Source: Escherichia phage vB_EcoS-IME253
Sequence record: NC_047810.1
Direction: 5' to 3' (one strand)
Length of the DNA: 46,717 nucleotides
The number at the start of each line of letters is the position of its first letter. Within the stretch, counting starts at the first letter, position 1. A program made the position numbers and the translations under genes. The notes beneath the pieces are model-generated. The model was not told the origin of the DNA. It worked only from the letters and a program-made list of their open reading frames with translations, and searched no databases. Shown here in pieces: positions 44,259 through 46,717 of this stretch.

Positions 44259-46253
44259 ATGTTGCCTATCGAGAAGCTGGTTGCTAACTTTGATAAAGAA
44301 AGAATCAAACAGATTCAGAAGGATTACCAGTTTGGGGAGATAACCCCATACGAGTTCCAATGCGTAACATTTGATGCTATCGGAAAGGCTATTGGGAAGT
44401 ATGAGGCCCCATTTATAGCAGACCTTTCAGTTTCTGCTGGTAAGACAATCATTCTTGCCATGATTGGTAAGCGCATGGAGCAATTGGGATTGCCTTATAT
44501 GGTTCTTTCTCGCCAGTCAGAGATAATCAGCCAGAACTCAGAGGAGCTTCGTAATTTCGGCATCCGTAATAGCGTCTATTGCGCTGGCCTTAACGTTAAA
44601 TCGGTTTACTACCCAACCATAGTTGCCAGTGAGGGTACGGCAGCCAACGGCTTGTTTAAGGGGCTTGGTGACTATGTTCCTGCCGTTATAGCTATAGATG
44701 AGTGTCACATGGTGGACCACATGGATATTGTGGAAGCTGAAGAGAACGAGGAAACATTTGAGCAAATGAGCACAAAGAAAGGCGAGATGGTTTTTAAGGG
44801 TGGCGTAAACACAGGATTGCTTGGCACTGGTCGTGCGCAGTACACGCTAATTATCACCGAGATGAAACGTCGTTGTCGTGAGAGGTATGGTCGTGAGCTT
44901 CGTATATTCGGTCTAACTGGTAGCCCATACCGTAACAACGATCATATTGTCGTTAGCAACCCAAACATCCGCGGATTCTGGCGTAAGACGGTAATTCAGG
45001 TGCCAACCAATTACCTGGTTGATTTGGGCTTCGTGGTTCCAACTGTTTACGGTGAGGTTGGTGATCTGGGTTACGACCTTAGCGAATTTGCGCCAGACGG
45101 TAGTGATGGTGTTAAAGACTTTGGCAAGAAAGAAATGGATGCAATGCAGGAAAAGATTCATCAAAACCAGTCCATGACGCAAAAGATTATGCAATTTGCC
45201 GCAAAGTTCATGGAGACTCGCAACGCTGCGCTTGTGACATGTGCCGGTAAACGTCATTGTGAGGAGGCAGCAGCAGCGCTTCCTGAGGGTGTAACCTGGG
45301 CTATAGTAACTGACTCTACTGGTGAGAAAAAGCGTAGGGAGATTCTTTCTGACGCAGTTGAAGGTAAGTATAAATTCATATTTCAGATCGGTTGTCTCAC
45401 AACTGGCGTGAACGTCCCGCCATGGGATACATCAATCATTCTGCGCAAAGTTGGTAGTATCACGCTTCTTATTCAGCTTTTGGGGCGAGGCATGCGAATA
45501 CTTAAGAAGAAACATAAGGAAATGGGGATGGTCAAGGATGATCACGTGGTGCTAGACTTTGCTGGCACTCTTGATGACATGGCAGAATTATACTTTGATC
45601 CAATCATAGAGGAGGTGCAGGATCAGAAATTCAAGTCCTCTCGTAAAGTTGGGGATAAGTCAAGAGTATGTCAGGCCTGTGGATATAAAAACTCCCCACT
45701 TGCTCGTCGTTGCAATAACGTAATTGACGGAAAGCGTTGTGATAATTTTTTTACATTTCGCTTGTGTGAAGATATAGAGGACCCGCAGACAAAATCTATT
45801 ATTAAGAAAGGTTGTGGTGAGAAGAATGATATTGCCGCTAAAAACTGTCGGTGCTGCGGTGAGATGTTAATAGACCCGAATGCAAAGTTATCTGGGAAAA
45901 TGTATCGTAAAGGAGACTGGTTGCGAGTCTACGACTTTAAGATTGGATTAACAAAGAATCAATCAGGGATTGTTGCCTCATACGAGGTCATGGCTCATAG
46001 TGGTGATAGGTTCCGGGCCTATGAGACGTTTTTTCCAGAGTCAGACCATCGCGTTTGCTCTGTAAGATGGAAAGCATTTTGCTCAACTCACATAGAGAAC
46101 AGGACTGAGGCTTTTAGAATTGGCAGGTTGCGTAATGCTAAGATGATTATGACTAATGCTCACCTTTTTCGTGCGCCATTAAGGATTACGCACAGAAAAA
46201 ACCAGAAAGGTCAGGATATTATCGCCAATAAATCTTTTACTATGGAGGATTGA
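44259..46253 (+). CDS. SF2 DNA helicase with C-terminal zinc-ribbon repeats
   Basis: Walker A SAGKT and DECH box; C-terminal CxxC pairs (CQACGY, CRCCGEM). Confidence 0.7.
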   Translation: MLPIEKLVANFDKERIKQIQKDYQFGEITPYEFQCVTFDAIGKAIGKYEAPFIADLSVSAGKTIILAMIGKRMEQLGLPYMVLSRQSEIISQNSEELRNFGIRNSVYCAGLNVKSVYYPTIVASEGTAANGLFKGLGDYVPAVIAIDECHMVDHMDIVEAEENEETFEQMSTKKGEMVFKGGVNTGLLGTGRAQYTLIITEMKRRCRERYGRELRIFGLTGSPYRNNDHIVVSNPNIRGFWRKTVIQVPTNYLVDLGFVVPTVYGEVGDLGYDLSEFAPDGSDGVKDFGKKEMDAMQEKIHQNQSMTQKIMQFAAKFMETRNAALVTCAGKRHCEEAAAALPEGVTWAIVTDSTGEKKRREILSDAVEGKYKFIFQIGCLTTGVNVPPWDTSIILRKVGSITLLIQLLGRGMRILKKKHKEMGMVKDDHVVLDFAGTLDDMAELYFDPIIEEVQDQKFKSSRKVGDKSRVCQACGYKNSPLARRCNNVIDGKRCDNFFTFRLCEDIEDPQTKSIIKKGCGEKNDIAAKNCRCCGEMLIDPNAKLSGKMYRKGDWLRVYDFKIGLTKNQSGIVASYEVMAHSGDRFRAYETFFPESDHRVCSVRWKAFCSTHIENRTEAFRIGRLRNAKMIMTNAHLFRAPLRITHRKNQKGQDIIANKSFTMED

Positions 46254-46254
46254 T

Positions 46255-46674
46255 ATGAATATTACAGACAAAGTTGATTACATTGAGTTTTACCCTGGCC
46301 CGGTTAAGTCATGCCCTAAAGAGGATGATGAACAAATCTTTTGCTCTGATTGGGTTAAGTATAACTACCCAGAGATGGTATTTTTCCACTGCGTGAATGA
46401 GGGTAAGAAAACCATTGGTCAAGCAAGAAAAGATCAGGCTAAGGGTCTCCTTAAGGGAGTGTCAGACTGTATGTTTCTTATACCTGAATCTATCCGAGGC
46501 AAATACCCTTTCGGAGCTATAGAGCTAAAGAGAGCAGGAAAAACGCAGGCAAGCCCAGTCAGTGAGGAGCAGAAAGCTTTCCTTAAAAGCGTAATGGAAT
46601 CAGGTGGTTTCTCCGCAGTCGCCTACGGCAGGGAAGGGTTCCTTGCAGCATTCAAAGAAATGATTTCAAAATAG
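46255..46674 (+). CDS. VRR-NUC domain nuclease
   Basis: D...ELK...Q..F pattern and size (139 aa) typical of VRR-NUC; stop is TAG of the element at 46671. Confidence 0.55.
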   Translation: MNITDKVDYIEFYPGPVKSCPKEDDEQIFCSDWVKYNYPEMVFFHCVNEGKKTIGQARKDQAKGLLKGVSDCMFLIPESIRGKYPFGAIELKRAGKTQASPVSEEQKAFLKSVMESGGFSAVAYGREGFLAAFKEMISK

Positions 46675-46714
46675 CACGAATTGCTAAATGAGATTTCAAA
46701 AGATGGGGTATAGT
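46671..46714 (+). promoter_or_regulatory. palindrome-plus-hexamer element (copy 16, split across window ends)
   Basis: atagcacgaattgctaaa; TATAGT 46709-46714; conserved leader continues at window start (catcgaaacgaa 3-14); next ATG 34. Confidence 0.5.
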
Positions 46715-46717
46715 TAC

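Overview
Gene-dense genome of a tailed dsDNA phage, most consistent with a T1-like (Drexlerviridae-type) virulent siphovirus. The window appears to be the complete, circularly permuted genome, because a conserved intergenic element is split across the two window ends. Modules in window order: small early genes and an HTH-metallophosphatase; a lysis cassette (holin, SAR endolysin, unimolecular spanin); a leftward accessory operon (4.0-7.5 kb) with a 527-aa protein; an AT-rich divergent control region; a cluster of tiny early genes with a tRNA-Arg(UCU); the packaging, head and tail module (terminase small and large, portal, head morphogenesis, scaffold, major capsid, connectors, major tail, G/G-T chaperones with a -1 frameshift, tape measure, lambda-like M-L-K-I-J tail tip), interrupted by two HNH-AP2 endonuclease genes and an antisense Rha-like gene; receptor-binding candidates with a convergent lipoprotein gene; a second AT-rich divergent region; an Exo-Erf-SSB recombination module; antisense tailspike, primase and HTH regulator; helicase and VRR-NUC nuclease. 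The strongest non-genic signal is a family of 16 copies of the palindrome ATAGCAC-N4-TGCTAAA, 15 of them followed at a fixed 21-23 nt by a -10-like hexamer and most by a conserved leader CATCGAAACGAA, placed flush against the stop codon of the upstream gene. No integrase, CI-type repressor, CRISPR array, rRNA or reverse transcriptase was seen. All functional calls rest on motif recognition by eye in the supplied translations, not on database searches, and coordinates of small ORFs and motifs were counted by hand.
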